The position numbers and the translations under genes are program-made. Positions 49,767-60,198 of a DNA stretch of 64,000 bases are shown here, in pieces. The notes beneath the pieces were generated by a model, which saw only the letters and a list, made by a program, of their open reading frames with translations, did no database searches and was not told where the DNA came from. Position 1 is the stretch's first letter. Every line of letters begins with the position of its first letter. Origin of the DNA: Lachnospiraceae bacterium (lineage in GTDB: Bacteria; Bacillota; Clostridia; Lachnospirales; Lachnospiraceae). The stretch is taken from positions 15,974-79,973 of the forward strand of contig JAGAJL010000013.1 of NCBI GenBank assembly GCA_017626095.1, in the 5' to 3' direction.

Positions 49767-51236
49767 TTATACATTTTGCCCAAACCCCTCAGGGTCCTTA
49801 TAAAATGCCAGTTGGTTCTTTCCCCTGTGCTTTGCTTTGTACAGTGCCTCATCCGCCTGTTTGTATAATGTTTCAAACGTATTGCCATCTCTTCCAAAGA
49901 TGGCGCATCCGATACTGGAAGTTACAGAATATTTGGTATATGTACCTACTTGTAAGTCATTGAAAAAGTTCTCTAATTTCTTTGCTTCACGGATAATATA
50001 TTGATCCTCGGCAACATGTTTTAGAAGAATAATGAATTCATCTCCACCAGCTCTTCCAATAATATCAGATGCCCGAAACAGCTGTTTTAAGCCCTGTCCG
50101 ATTTCACGAAGTACCTCGTCTCCGAACGCATGTCCCATAGTATCGTTAATTTTCTTAAAGTTATCAATATCGAGTACAAATAAAAGGCATTGCGAATCCG
50201 GATGTTCCTCAAAATATTCTTTGATTTTTCTTTCGGTCGTGACTTTGTTGTACAGTCCGGTCAGCTGATCCGTTTCTGCCAGATGAAGAAGTCCGTCGCT
50301 TTTTCTTTTACCACTCATACGGCTAAGCATATAGTTATAGATGACAATTGCCATATAAAGCAGCATGCATCCTAATAACGACAACATCATCAAGAGAACC
50401 GTGTGCCTAAACGATTTTAATTCTGTGGCAAAATAAGAATCAGGCACACCTATAATCATAAACCAGCCGGATTCTTTTATGTAATGATATGCAACATGTC
50501 TGTTACCGTCTTCAAATTGTACCGTCGTGCAACCGGAACGCTGCTTTTTCAAACTATTGATGATAGAAGATGCATTTCCCTTTGAAGACTCTAAAGTATC
50601 AATAAAATTACTGTCACTTTGCAGATAGTCAACATTATTATCTTGAAAAGAATACACAATCTGACCGTTATTATCCTGCAAAATCAGAAAACTGTCACTA
50701 CCAAAAGCATAATCCAAAAACAGATCGTCAAAACCGGCTGTATCACAGACCACCATAACCGCTTTGGTCACAGAACCGTTTTCCATAACCGGTTCTAAAA
50801 TATAAATCAGGCCTTCTCCTCCATAAAAATAAGTGGGATTTTCTTTCTTGATTACCCCCGAAAACCCTTTTGCAGGCAGATTCACACCGTTGTTGTTGAT
50901 ATCCTCTCCAACTCCTAACGAGCTGACAATTGCAACATTGACAACGTATTTCTGATTTGACAGCATCTCCATCGCCTGATCGGAAGAAATGGCACCTTGT
51001 CCCATCATATCCGCAACCAAAGCCAACTGCCCTTCAAGTCTTCCTAACTGCTCTTCCATATAAGCACTGTATACCTGAACGGCATAGGATACCTTTCCCT
51101 GCAATAACTCTGTTGTACTACGCCTTAATTTTGTAGAATATATCCCAAAAACAGAGACGGTAATCAATACAAATACCACAATAGGCAATATTTTTGTCAG
51201 TAAAAATTTTTTCGTTATCCTTTCTCTTAGTTTCAT
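49767..51236 (-). CDS. Diguanylate cyclase (Cache sensor, GGDEF)
   Basis: DQLTGLYNK, DIDNFKKINDTMGH, RxxD I-site (RASD), GGDEF. Confidence 0.9.
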   Translation of the reverse strand: MKLRERITKKFLLTKILPIVVFVLITVSVFGIYSTKLRRSTTELLQGKVSYAVQVYSAYMEEQLGRLEGQLALVADMMGQGAISSDQAMEMLSNQKYVVNVAIVSSLGVGEDINNNGVNLPAKGFSGVIKKENPTYFYGGEGLIYILEPVMENGSVTKAVMVVCDTAGFDDLFLDYAFGSDSFLILQDNNGQIVYSFQDNNVDYLQSDSNFIDTLESSKGNASSIINSLKKQRSGCTTVQFEDGNRHVAYHYIKESGWFMIIGVPDSYFATELKSFRHTVLLMMLSLLGCMLLYMAIVIYNYMLSRMSGKRKSDGLLHLAETDQLTGLYNKVTTERKIKEYFEEHPDSQCLLFVLDIDNFKKINDTMGHAFGDEVLREIGQGLKQLFRASDIIGRAGGDEFIILLKHVAEDQYIIREAKKLENFFNDLQVGTYTKYSVTSSIGCAIFGRDGNTFETLYKQADEALYKAKHRGKNQLAFYKDPEGFGQNV

Positions 51237-51273
51237 TTCCTACCCCCAAATTATTATATTATTTAATACCTTT

Positions 51274-52524
51274 TTACATACCGTATTTTTCACATACCTG
51301 ATGAAACTGCTTTTCCATCTTATGATTCATCTTCAGTATTTCATCCGATTCATAATTTACTTTTTGCATAATATCATCATATGACACAATCATTGGTTCC
51401 ACAATCTGTTTGGTAAAATGATTTAAAGAAACTTCTTTCCGGAGCGTGGAAATCGCGTCATCTTTTCCTAAAACCTGCTTATAGGAACGCTCATTTATAA
51501 GCGCAGTCACTGTATCTGCCACCTGCAGAATCTTCATGGGAAGCGTCATATCATTCTCTTTTATGCATTGCGGATATCCGCTTCCATCTATCCTTTCATG
51601 ATGCGCAAGAACAATCCCCAAAACCTCTTCATCCAGTCTGTTTTTTAATATGTTTTCGGAAATGCCGACATGCGTTCTCATAAGAACAGTCTCGTCCTCT
51701 GTTAGAGAACGTCTGGCATCGATTATCTCGCTTGGAATTGCAAGCATTCCCAAATCATGCAACAATGCACCGTAATACAGTTTTTCAGTGGTCTTTTCAT
51801 CCAGAAACAACCGCTTTGCAAGTTCTTCACATATACATACGCATGTAACACTGTCCACCACCTGATTTTGAGAACGAAATCCCAGACAATACATGAGCAT
51901 TTCCATGTATTTCTTTTTCTCCTCATTGGTAAACATGATATAATCCATCAGATGATCGAGTTCTTTTTCAAACTCCTCACTGTCAATCTTTTCAAAAATA
52001 TGATGTTTCTCCTCAGTTCTTTGAATCAGTTCCAACGAAGAAGAAGAGAATTTGGTATCACGGAACTTTTCAAACAGGGAAAGATCGAATTTTTCTCCCA
52101 AAGTCATCCGGTAAATATCTACTTTTTCTGCCAGCGAAAGCAACTCGGTTTCTTTGGAGTATTCAAACGGAGTTTTCTTTAATTTAGCCACATCCAGATG
52201 ATGATAAAGCAATACTTTGGACCGTCCCGACATCGGCGATAAATACTTAAAAAACAGATATCCGTATACCGAATGCGGCATGACATTTTTTAATTCAAAT
52301 TGAACAAATTCATCTGAAAGATTAGTTTTATACGCACCAATATCATGCAGCGTACCGAGCATAGCCCATTCTGCCAGTTCAAATTTTTCATAGCCGCCAC
52401 TTTCTAACAACAGCTTATAAAATATGTATCCGGTCCTGGAACCGTGTTTCATGATTTCTCTATCAATGAGTTTGAGTGTATCTCTTGTTAAAAGAAATAT
52501 ATTTTTACTACTGATAAAATCCAT
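51274..52524 (-). CDS. HD-GYP domain protein (tandem HD domains)
   Basis: N-terminal LHDIG...YHH; C-terminal LHDLG, HHERIDGSGYP, VAD. Confidence 0.85.
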   Translation of the reverse strand: MDFISSKNIFLLTRDTLKLIDREIMKHGSRTGYIFYKLLLESGGYEKFELAEWAMLGTLHDIGAYKTNLSDEFVQFELKNVMPHSVYGYLFFKYLSPMSGRSKVLLYHHLDVAKLKKTPFEYSKETELLSLAEKVDIYRMTLGEKFDLSLFEKFRDTKFSSSSLELIQRTEEKHHIFEKIDSEEFEKELDHLMDYIMFTNEEKKKYMEMLMYCLGFRSQNQVVDSVTCVCICEELAKRLFLDEKTTEKLYYGALLHDLGMLAIPSEIIDARRSLTEDETVLMRTHVGISENILKNRLDEEVLGIVLAHHERIDGSGYPQCIKENDMTLPMKILQVADTVTALINERSYKQVLGKDDAISTLRKEVSLNHFTKQIVEPMIVSYDDIMQKVNYESDEILKMNHKMEKQFHQVCEKYGM

Positions 52525-52538
52525 ACCTTTTCCTCCGG

Positions 52539-53015
52539 TTAAAAAATCCAGGACATAGGGGTAAAACTAATCCCATCTTTTAACTGTTGAATATTCGTAT
52601 CTACAAAACCGACTTTATGATAAAATCCCACAGCATAGGGTGAAGAATGAACGGTCAACCGGTATCCTCCTATGCTTTTTTCAAAATCTTTTAGTGCCTC
52701 CAAAAGCTTCCGGCCAATTCCGTTTTTGTGATAATCTTCATCAACAAACAACAAAGACACATGTTCTTTGTCACGTAGGGAGGCGACACCGATTAACTGC
52801 CCTCTGTAAAATGCTCCGTATACTTTATACTCTCCGGTCAAATACATACGGCGCAGGATCTGATCCGTAATGAAATCCCTAAAATTTTGAATTCCCTCGG
52901 CAGAATACACATTTCCTTCAAACTTCAGGAACGTCCTCCAGGCCAGCCCCATCGCATCTTCCCATTCATTATTTTCAATCGGTCTTATTTCGACACTTTG
53001 ACTTCCGATATCCAT
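52539..53015 (-). CDS. GNAT family acetyltransferase
   Basis: LFVDEDYHKNGIGRKL, VHSSPYAVGFYHKVGF. Confidence 0.9.
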   Translation of the reverse strand: MDIGSQSVEIRPIENNEWEDAMGLAWRTFLKFEGNVYSAEGIQNFRDFITDQILRRMYLTGEYKVYGAFYRGQLIGVASLRDKEHVSLLFVDEDYHKNGIGRKLLEALKDFEKSIGGYRLTVHSSPYAVGFYHKVGFVDTNIQQLKDGISFTPMSWIF

Positions 53016-53054
53016 GTTATCCTCTGTAAGAAAAATTTGCCTATTATCATTTTA

Positions 53055-54032
53055 TTATACCACTTTATTTGTTAACGGCAAATTGTTTTCTACTGCATAT
53101 GCATTTTCCAATGTTTGTAAAGCGATTGCATCCATGGCTTCCTTCGTGAAAAACCCCATATGGGAAGTAATTAAAACATTGGGAAATGTCATCAGTCTTG
53201 CCAAAACTTCATCCATAACAATATTTGTGGAACAGTCCTCGTAAAAAATCCCCTCTTCTTCTTCATAAACATCCAGTCCGACACCACCGAATTTTCCTGC
53301 TATCAGCCCTTCAATCAATGCTTCCGAATCAATCAGGGAACCTCTGGAAGTATTCACTAAATAAACCCCATCCTTCATCTTTTCGATGCTGCGTTTGTTA
53401 ATCAGGTGTTTTGTTTCCGTTGTCAAGGGACAGTGCAGAGAAATTACATCCGATTGTACAAATAACTCATCCAATGGCACATACTCAACCGGAAGCTTTT
53501 CATTTGGGTAGGGATCATACGCCAAAATATCCATCCCAAATCCTTTCAAAATCCGAATCATTGCCTGTCCGATTTTTCCCGTTCCGATGACTCCGGCCGT
53601 CTTATGAAACAAATCGGTACCCATAAAACCATTAATATTCATGTTAAAGTCCCTTGTCCGGTAAAAAGCTTTATGAATGCATCGATTTACGGACAACAAA
53701 AGACCTGTCGCATATTCCGCCACTGCTTCCGGAGAATAGCCGGGCACACGTAATACCGGGATTTTATCCTTTGCGGCTTTGATATCAACATGATTAAACC
53801 CCGCACTGCGCAATAAAATCGCTTTTATTTTCATTTCATACAATTGCTCGATCATGGCCGCATCTACATGATCATTTACAAAAATGCAAATGGCATCATA
53901 GCCTTTTGCCAAAAATACGGTTTCCGGATTACAGGGCACATCAATAAAATGAATCAAAAAACCATACTCTTTTGCCATAGGTTCAAATTTGGCCCGATCG
54001 TATGGTTTTGTTCCGTAAAATGCAATTTTCAT
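53055..54032 (-). CDS. ldhA: D-2-hydroxyacid (D-lactate) dehydrogenase
   Basis: RSAGFNHVD, YSPEAVAE, GTGKIG, NTSRG, LDVYEEE, TSHMGF. Confidence 0.85.
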   Translation of the reverse strand: MKIAFYGTKPYDRAKFEPMAKEYGFLIHFIDVPCNPETVFLAKGYDAICIFVNDHVDAAMIEQLYEMKIKAILLRSAGFNHVDIKAAKDKIPVLRVPGYSPEAVAEYATGLLLSVNRCIHKAFYRTRDFNMNINGFMGTDLFHKTAGVIGTGKIGQAMIRILKGFGMDILAYDPYPNEKLPVEYVPLDELFVQSDVISLHCPLTTETKHLINKRSIEKMKDGVYLVNTSRGSLIDSEALIEGLIAGKFGGVGLDVYEEEEGIFYEDCSTNIVMDEVLARLMTFPNVLITSHMGFFTKEAMDAIALQTLENAYAVENNLPLTNKVV

Positions 54033-54192
54033 AGTTATCATCCTTTCTATTATGAACAGACACCGTTTTTTCAAAACCGGAAAACTTCACATGTTGTCTC
54101 TATCATGAAAATACGGTACCAATATACTAACTATGATTATTCTCACATTTTACTTTTTATATTCTGCGATGTAAGCGTCAAAAGTATAGTTT

Positions 54193-55077
54193 TTATTGGA
54201 AAAGACCTTTAAAGAATCCCACAATGGAATCCATTACCTCCCCAAGTCCTGAGAAAAAGTTCTCTTCCGTTGCCTTATTCAATAATTCATCTCCAAACTT
54301 ATCGTATAAGTCAGCTGCCTGATCCAAAAGCATATTGGGATCCAGCCCCAGTTTTTTGATTTTTAACATAAAATCGACAATCTGTTGTTCTTCACTATCC
54401 TCAAGGGCAACACCAAACTTTTCTTCCCCTTCATGGATTGCCTTGCGGATATCGTCTTCGCTTTCCAGCTCCCCTGCAGCGAGTTTTGCTTTAATATACG
54501 CAATCAGAGCTTCCACTTCCTCATCACTGGCACTTTTTGTTACCAGCTCTCCGGTTGTAATTAACTCATTCATGGCAGTATCCAAAACCTCATCCGAAAC
54601 AGGCTCGCCCGATACCTGCTCATATGCTTTTATGGCACCAATCAATCCGGCTGTTCCGGAAATTTGTGTGGGACCGACTACCATAATATCCGCATTTTCC
54701 ACACCTGCAGTCAATAAAGCATTGCGATACATACCGGTTGTACAGTAATTGATATTTTGTGTAGTGACCACAACGCCGTGTCCTTCTTCTGCCGGTGTCA
54801 CCATAACACTGGATAGAGCTCTGGTACCAATCACGGAAGGTTCTACATAGGAATCCAGATATTTGTGCTCATCCTGATTCGTGATTGTAATAACCGTATA
54901 ATTGGAAAGCTCTTCCTCTGAAACACCCATCATGGACAAAACGGTTGCTTTCTGATCTGTTGATAGATCTGCTCCCAAAGCAATAACACCCTTATCTGTT
55001 CCTTCAGCACATACGGTCATACCCCATAATAATGTACAAAGCAATGTACCCAACAGGTAGCGAAACAATTTTTTCAT
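54193..55077 (-). CDS. DUF1002 domain secreted protein
   Basis: Signal peptide, ALGADL, MYRNALLTAGV, SGTAGLIG. Confidence 0.8.
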   Translation of the reverse strand: MKKLFRYLLGTLLCTLLWGMTVCAEGTDKGVIALGADLSTDQKATVLSMMGVSEEELSNYTVITITNQDEHKYLDSYVEPSVIGTRALSSVMVTPAEEGHGVVVTTQNINYCTTGMYRNALLTAGVENADIMVVGPTQISGTAGLIGAIKAYEQVSGEPVSDEVLDTAMNELITTGELVTKSASDEEVEALIAYIKAKLAAGELESEDDIRKAIHEGEEKFGVALEDSEEQQIVDFMLKIKKLGLDPNMLLDQAADLYDKFGDELLNKATEENFFSGLGEVMDSIVGFFKGLFQ

Positions 55078-55167
55078 AAAACATGCCTCCTAAAAAGTAT
55101 TATAAAATTATCCCTCATAACCGAATTTCATCAACACGTAACAAAAATAATTTTGCCACTCACATGA

Positions 55168-56097
55168 TTATATATATTTTTGCAGCCAATTACAAATGTC
55201 TGCAAAAACAATGTCTTTTTCCGGCTCAAACAGAATTTCATGGCGCGCATTATCATATAATTTTAATTCTGCTCCTGCAATTCCCAACTGCCGGTACTGC
55301 CTGTATACCTGCGCCACTCCCTTACCATAATTGCCCACAGGATCTTCCTTTCCGGCCATCAATAAAATTGGTAAATCCTTGGGGATTCGTTTCAAAAGAG
55401 ACATTTTATTTACATTGGCCGACAATTGAAACATCGTGTCAAATCCATTGACGGTGAATAAAAATCCGCACTGCGGATCATTCATATATTCATCAACTAC
55501 TTTTTCATCGATGTTGGTCCAGTCGAAACAGGTTCTTTTTTCTGTTCGCTTATTATAAGAGCCAAAAATCAGACAATCCAAGAAAGCACTTTTTTCCCGG
55601 TTTTTTCCGCAAAATTTCAACAATCCGGAAATTATTCTTGCCATTCCAACCTTAACAGAACCATTATTTGGTGTTCCGCAAAGAATAGCCCCGTCAATCT
55701 CTTGTCCATATTGAATCAGATAATTTCGCAAAATCAAGGATCCCATACTATGTCCAAGCATAAAATAAGGCAGATTTTTTTCCTGTTTCTGTATGCTTTC
55801 CTTTAGCCTGTGCTCATCCATGACCAAAACAGAAGCTGCTTTTTTTTCACAAAAAAAGCCATAATCACCGTATTCTTTTGCACTTCTCCCATGCCCCAGA
55901 TGATCATCTCCCACTACGATATAACCTTTTCGTGCCATATGGCATGCAAATTCATCATATCGTCCGATGTGCTCAGCCATTCCATGAATAAGTTGTAAAA
56001 TGGCAATCGGAGAAACATCATCTGATTGCCATTTTGTTGCATAAATAGTATGAATTCCGTCTTTTGACGGAAAAGAAAGCGTGGTTTTATTTACCAT
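55168..56097 (-). CDS. Alpha/beta hydrolase (lysophospholipase-like)
   Basis: HGMAEHIGRY, DHLGHG, GHSMG, DPVG, RHE. Confidence 0.9.
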   Translation of the reverse strand: MVNKTTLSFPSKDGIHTIYATKWQSDDVSPIAILQLIHGMAEHIGRYDEFACHMARKGYIVVGDDHLGHGRSAKEYGDYGFFCEKKAASVLVMDEHRLKESIQKQEKNLPYFMLGHSMGSLILRNYLIQYGQEIDGAILCGTPNNGSVKVGMARIISGLLKFCGKNREKSAFLDCLIFGSYNKRTEKRTCFDWTNIDEKVVDEYMNDPQCGFLFTVNGFDTMFQLSANVNKMSLLKRIPKDLPILLMAGKEDPVGNYGKGVAQVYRQYRQLGIAGAELKLYDNARHEILFEPEKDIVFADICNWLQKYI

Positions 56098-56123
56098 AAC
56101 AACCCTTTCAAAAGGTCTTTTCA

Positions 56124-58112
56124 TTAACAGATTTCGGCGCCGGCAGGCATAGACTTTTCGGGCGTCACCAATGCAAGATTACCCTCTGCATCTTCTGCAC
56201 ATAAAAGCATTCCTTCCGATAATACGCCCGCAAGCTTGGCAGGTTTTAAATTAACTAATACCATAACCTGTTTTCCAACCATTTCCTCGGGAGTATAATA
56301 AGCCTTAATTCCGGAAACAATCTGTTTGACCTGACTTCCCACCTGTACCTGGGAGCACAACAGCTTTTTGCTCTTTGGAACCGCTTCGCAGGAAATGATT
56401 TTTCCTACCTGGAACTGCATCTTTCCAAAATCGTCAAATGTAATTTCCGGTTTTGCTTCGATATCAATCACATCTTTGGCTTTTTCTTCCGGTTCATCCA
56501 CAATACCTGCTGCGGCTTTTCTTTCCGCAAACATAGCTTCCGCTTTTTTTAATACTTCATTGACATCCAGTCTTGCAAACAGGATTTCGGGAGCATCCGT
56601 CACTTTATTTCCATCCGGATACAAACCGAATTTTTCAATATCGTCAAAGCTGCGAAGCTTGGTGTTTAGCTGGGCTGCAATCTTTGCTGCAGTTTCGGGC
56701 ATAAAAGGCTCCAATAAAGACGCGCCGATGACAATACTTTCTACCAGATTATATAAAACAGTAGAAAGTCTGTCTTTTTTTGCCTCATCCTTGGCAAGTA
56801 CCCAAGGTGTCGTTTCATCAATATACTTGTTGCAGCGTTTGAAGGTTGTAAAAATCTCTGAAATTGCATCCGCAACCCGCAAATCATCCATCTTACGTAA
56901 GACTCTCTTGTAAGTGTCTGTGACAACAGCCTTTAAGTCATCATCATAAGCTTTCTGCTCTGCATCGGCACTTTCTCCTTTGTCGGAAATCACACCGTCA
57001 AAATATTTATTGCTCATGGAAATGGTACGGTTTACCAGATTGCCCAATGTATTTGCCAGATCGGAATTCAGTCTTTCCACCATCAGTTCCCATGTAATGA
57101 CACCATCATTTTCAAACGGCATCTCATGGAGAACAAAATATCTGACAGCATCCACACCGAAGAAATCAACTAAATCCTCTGCGTAAATAACATTTCCTTT
57201 GGATTTACTCATTTTTCCGTCGCCCTGCAACAACCAGGGATGTCCGAATACCTGTTTCGGAAGCGGCTCACCCAAAGCCATTAAGAAAATCGGCCAATAA
57301 ATGGTATGGAAACGAATAATATCCTTTCCGATCAGGTGAAGATCGGCAGGCCATAATTTCTGATACTGCTCAGAACTGTTTCCGTCTGCATCATAACCAA
57401 TACCGGTAATATAGTTTGTCAAAGCATCCAGCCATACATATACGACATGTTTATCATCAAAATCTACCGGAATTCCCCATTTAAAAGAGGTTCTGGAAAC
57501 ACAAAGATCCTGTAATCCCGGCAATAAGAAATTATTCATCATCTCATTTTTGCGGCTTACGGGCTGAATAAATTCCGGATGTGTATTGATATGCTCAATC
57601 AAACGGTCCGCATATTTACTCATTTTGAAGAAGTATGCTTCCTCTTTGGCCGGCTTTACTTCACGTCCGCAATCAGGACATTTTCCGTCTACCAACTGTG
57701 ATTCGGTCCAAAATGATTCACACGGGGTACAATAAAGACCTTCATAAGCTCCTTTATAAATGTCACCCTGATCATACAATCTCTTAAAAATCTTTTGTAC
57801 CTGCTTTTCGTGAGGTACATCCGTCGTACGGATAAATTTATCATAAGAAGTATTTAACATGTCACAGATATCGCGAATCTGACCCGCAACATGATCGACA
57901 AATTCCTTGGGCGTAATCCCTGCTTCTTCGGCCTTCAATTCGATTTTCTGACCGTGCTCATCCGTTCCTGTCTGGAAAAACACATCATATCCGTCTTTTC
58001 TTTTAAAACGGGCAATACTATCTGCCAATACAATTTCATAACTGTTTCCGATATGCGGTTTACCGGATGTATAGGCAATCGCTGTGGTAATATAATACTT
58101 TCCTTTATTCAT
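56124..58112 (-). CDS. metG: Methionine--tRNA ligase with C-terminal tRNA-binding domain
   Basis: HIGN, GTDEHGQK, CTPC/CPDC zinc knuckle, GKDIIRFH, KMSKS. Confidence 0.97.
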   Translation of the reverse strand: MNKGKYYITTAIAYTSGKPHIGNSYEIVLADSIARFKRKDGYDVFFQTGTDEHGQKIELKAEEAGITPKEFVDHVAGQIRDICDMLNTSYDKFIRTTDVPHEKQVQKIFKRLYDQGDIYKGAYEGLYCTPCESFWTESQLVDGKCPDCGREVKPAKEEAYFFKMSKYADRLIEHINTHPEFIQPVSRKNEMMNNFLLPGLQDLCVSRTSFKWGIPVDFDDKHVVYVWLDALTNYITGIGYDADGNSSEQYQKLWPADLHLIGKDIIRFHTIYWPIFLMALGEPLPKQVFGHPWLLQGDGKMSKSKGNVIYAEDLVDFFGVDAVRYFVLHEMPFENDGVITWELMVERLNSDLANTLGNLVNRTISMSNKYFDGVISDKGESADAEQKAYDDDLKAVVTDTYKRVLRKMDDLRVADAISEIFTTFKRCNKYIDETTPWVLAKDEAKKDRLSTVLYNLVESIVIGASLLEPFMPETAAKIAAQLNTKLRSFDDIEKFGLYPDGNKVTDAPEILFARLDVNEVLKKAEAMFAERKAAAGIVDEPEEKAKDVIDIEAKPEITFDDFGKMQFQVGKIISCEAVPKSKKLLCSQVQVGSQVKQIVSGIKAYYTPEEMVGKQVMVLVNLKPAKLAGVLSEGMLLCAEDAEGNLALVTPEKSMPAGAEIC

Positions 58113-58136
58113 CAGCTTTACTCCTCCTATAGTAAC

Positions 58137-58224
58137 ATTTTCTCCCCCAATAGCCTTCCTGATTCATCGAACGCTTTACAAGACTTCGGCACTGCTGTTT
58201 CCATCTTTGAAATGGGTAGAAAAC
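58137..58224 (-). promoter_or_regulatory. Candidate SAM-III (SMK-box)-like leader of metG
   Basis: UUUUCUACCC...CAAAGAUGG...CCGAAGUCUUGUAA...GGGGGAGAAAA. Confidence 0.35.
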
Positions 58225-58383
58225 GAATATTTTCTCACGTTTCAGACTAACACATCATGCTTTTTGTGTCAAATAAACACGGGCTTTGCACGCGGGGTTT
58301 TATTACCTATTTTTCTCTCATGGAGCATTTTTTTCCTTGGTCAGACATAAACATACTATGTATCAATCTCTTTGGTGATTTCC

Positions 58384-60198
58384 ATGAAAAAAAAAGCTAC
58401 CCTGATTTGGGTAATTCTTTTAGCAATTGTTTGCAGCTTCTCCTGTATCATGATTTATAAGGTAGAGTATCCCATAAGAACACTCCGCCGGATTGCACAA
58501 AACCGCCTGCTTTCCCAGTCTGAAGAAAATTCTCTTCTCGCTCACTTTACCTATCGTTATCCGGACAAAGCCGGTCTTTCCAAAGAGATTCGCCTGCCTG
58601 TATATGATAGAGCACAGACAGCCCTTTGTATAGAAAAAGACAAAGAAGATTTTGATACATTGTATCATCTGGATTTTTCCCATAGTACTAATAGTCTGTC
58701 CAAAACAACCATATGTCATTCACTAATGTTTTCATTAAAACACAATATACAATTATCTTCTTTTTCTTATTTTGAAGAACCATTTACCCCTTATAGCGGA
58801 ATTCAAAACGAGTTACCAATATTATTGACCGAATATTCGTTTGAAAAAGAAGATGATGTCAAAAACTATCTGCAAATTCTATCTCTGCTTCCCGAATATC
58901 TGGAAGGGTTGTGCCAATATGAAACGGAAAAAGCAGCTGCCGGATTGTTTATGAGTGATTTTGCGGCAGACTGTGTTATCAAAACATTCGATGATTTTTG
59001 TAACATGCCGGATTCTGAAAACATTTATCTGACAACCTTTGAAGCAAGGCTGAAGGATTTATATAAAAAAAGAAAAATTACCAAAAAAGAGTATGCCTAT
59101 TATCTAAACGAAAACGAACGTCTGATTAAAACCGTAGTTTTTCCGGCATATCAGAAAACGGGAGATGCTCTGACTTTGTTGAAAGCGGGAGATAAATCAA
59201 CTCCAAAGGGGCTTTGTTACTGTCCGGACGGAAAACAGTATTATGAAACTTTAGTCTGCTCCGTTCTGGGAGAAGACCTGCCGATAACGGCATTAAAAAA
59301 TGCTTTCTGCAGACAACTACAGGCTGATTATGTGGAACTGAATGCGTTATTGCAAAGTCATACTGACTATTTTATTGACATCATGGGAAAAGAGAACCAG
59401 TACGATCCACTGCTTTCCTTAAGCCCCGAAGAGTGTGTCCGTATGTTGCAACAACTCATGGGAGAGGACTTCGGCACTTTGAATAGGAATGATTATCCTT
59501 ATGAAATTAAAAGTGTCGATTCCATGATGGAAAGCTATACCAATCCCGCCTACTATTTTACTCCCCCTGCTGATGATACTACTCACAATGTGATATACAT
59601 CAATCATGCACAAACACCGGAAGGTTTATCCTTGTTTACAACTCTGGCTCACGAAGGTTTTCCCGGGCATCTGTATCAATCGGTCACTTGTGCCCATGCG
59701 TTGTCTTCTTACAGTCTCCCTTCCCTATCCGGCATTACCTATTATGGCGGATATTTGGAAGGCTATGCAACCTATATCGAATTTCTTTCGTACGATTATG
59801 CCAAGCAGGCTGCCGCAAGACTTTCCTTAAACGATCAGTCCTCTTATTACTACGACTATTTGATGTATCAGAGACGAATTTGCTTAAACCTCTTTTCCAT
59901 TCTGGATATTATGATTCATTATGAAGGTGCCGGATGTGATGATATCGCACCATTTTTACATCGTATCGGTATCACGGACGAACAGAATATTGCCAACATC
60001 TATAATTATATTGCCACCGAACCGGCAACTTACGTCAAATATTTTGGCGGATATCTCAAAATTCTGGAATGCAAAAATCTTGCCAAAGACGTCTGGGGAG
60101 AGCACTACAACGATCGGGCTTTCCATGCTACCCTGCTAAAATACGGTCCTGTTGACTTCTTCTCCTTAAAAAACGCAATCAAGGCAGAAACCCCATAG
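58384..60198 (+). CDS. DUF885 family protein (putative metallopeptidase-like)
   Basis: LAHEGFPGHLYQ, GYLEGYATYIE, PATYVKYFGG, FHATLLKYGP. Confidence 0.8.
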   Translation: MKKKATLIWVILLAIVCSFSCIMIYKVEYPIRTLRRIAQNRLLSQSEENSLLAHFTYRYPDKAGLSKEIRLPVYDRAQTALCIEKDKEDFDTLYHLDFSHSTNSLSKTTICHSLMFSLKHNIQLSSFSYFEEPFTPYSGIQNELPILLTEYSFEKEDDVKNYLQILSLLPEYLEGLCQYETEKAAAGLFMSDFAADCVIKTFDDFCNMPDSENIYLTTFEARLKDLYKKRKITKKEYAYYLNENERLIKTVVFPAYQKTGDALTLLKAGDKSTPKGLCYCPDGKQYYETLVCSVLGEDLPITALKNAFCRQLQADYVELNALLQSHTDYFIDIMGKENQYDPLLSLSPEECVRMLQQLMGEDFGTLNRNDYPYEIKSVDSMMESYTNPAYYFTPPADDTTHNVIYINHAQTPEGLSLFTTLAHEGFPGHLYQSVTCAHALSSYSLPSLSGITYYGGYLEGYATYIEFLSYDYAKQAAARLSLNDQSSYYYDYLMYQRRICLNLFSILDIMIHYEGAGCDDIAPFLHRIGITDEQNIANIYNYIATEPATYVKYFGGYLKILECKNLAKDVWGEHYNDRAFHATLLKYGPVDFFSLKNAIKAETP

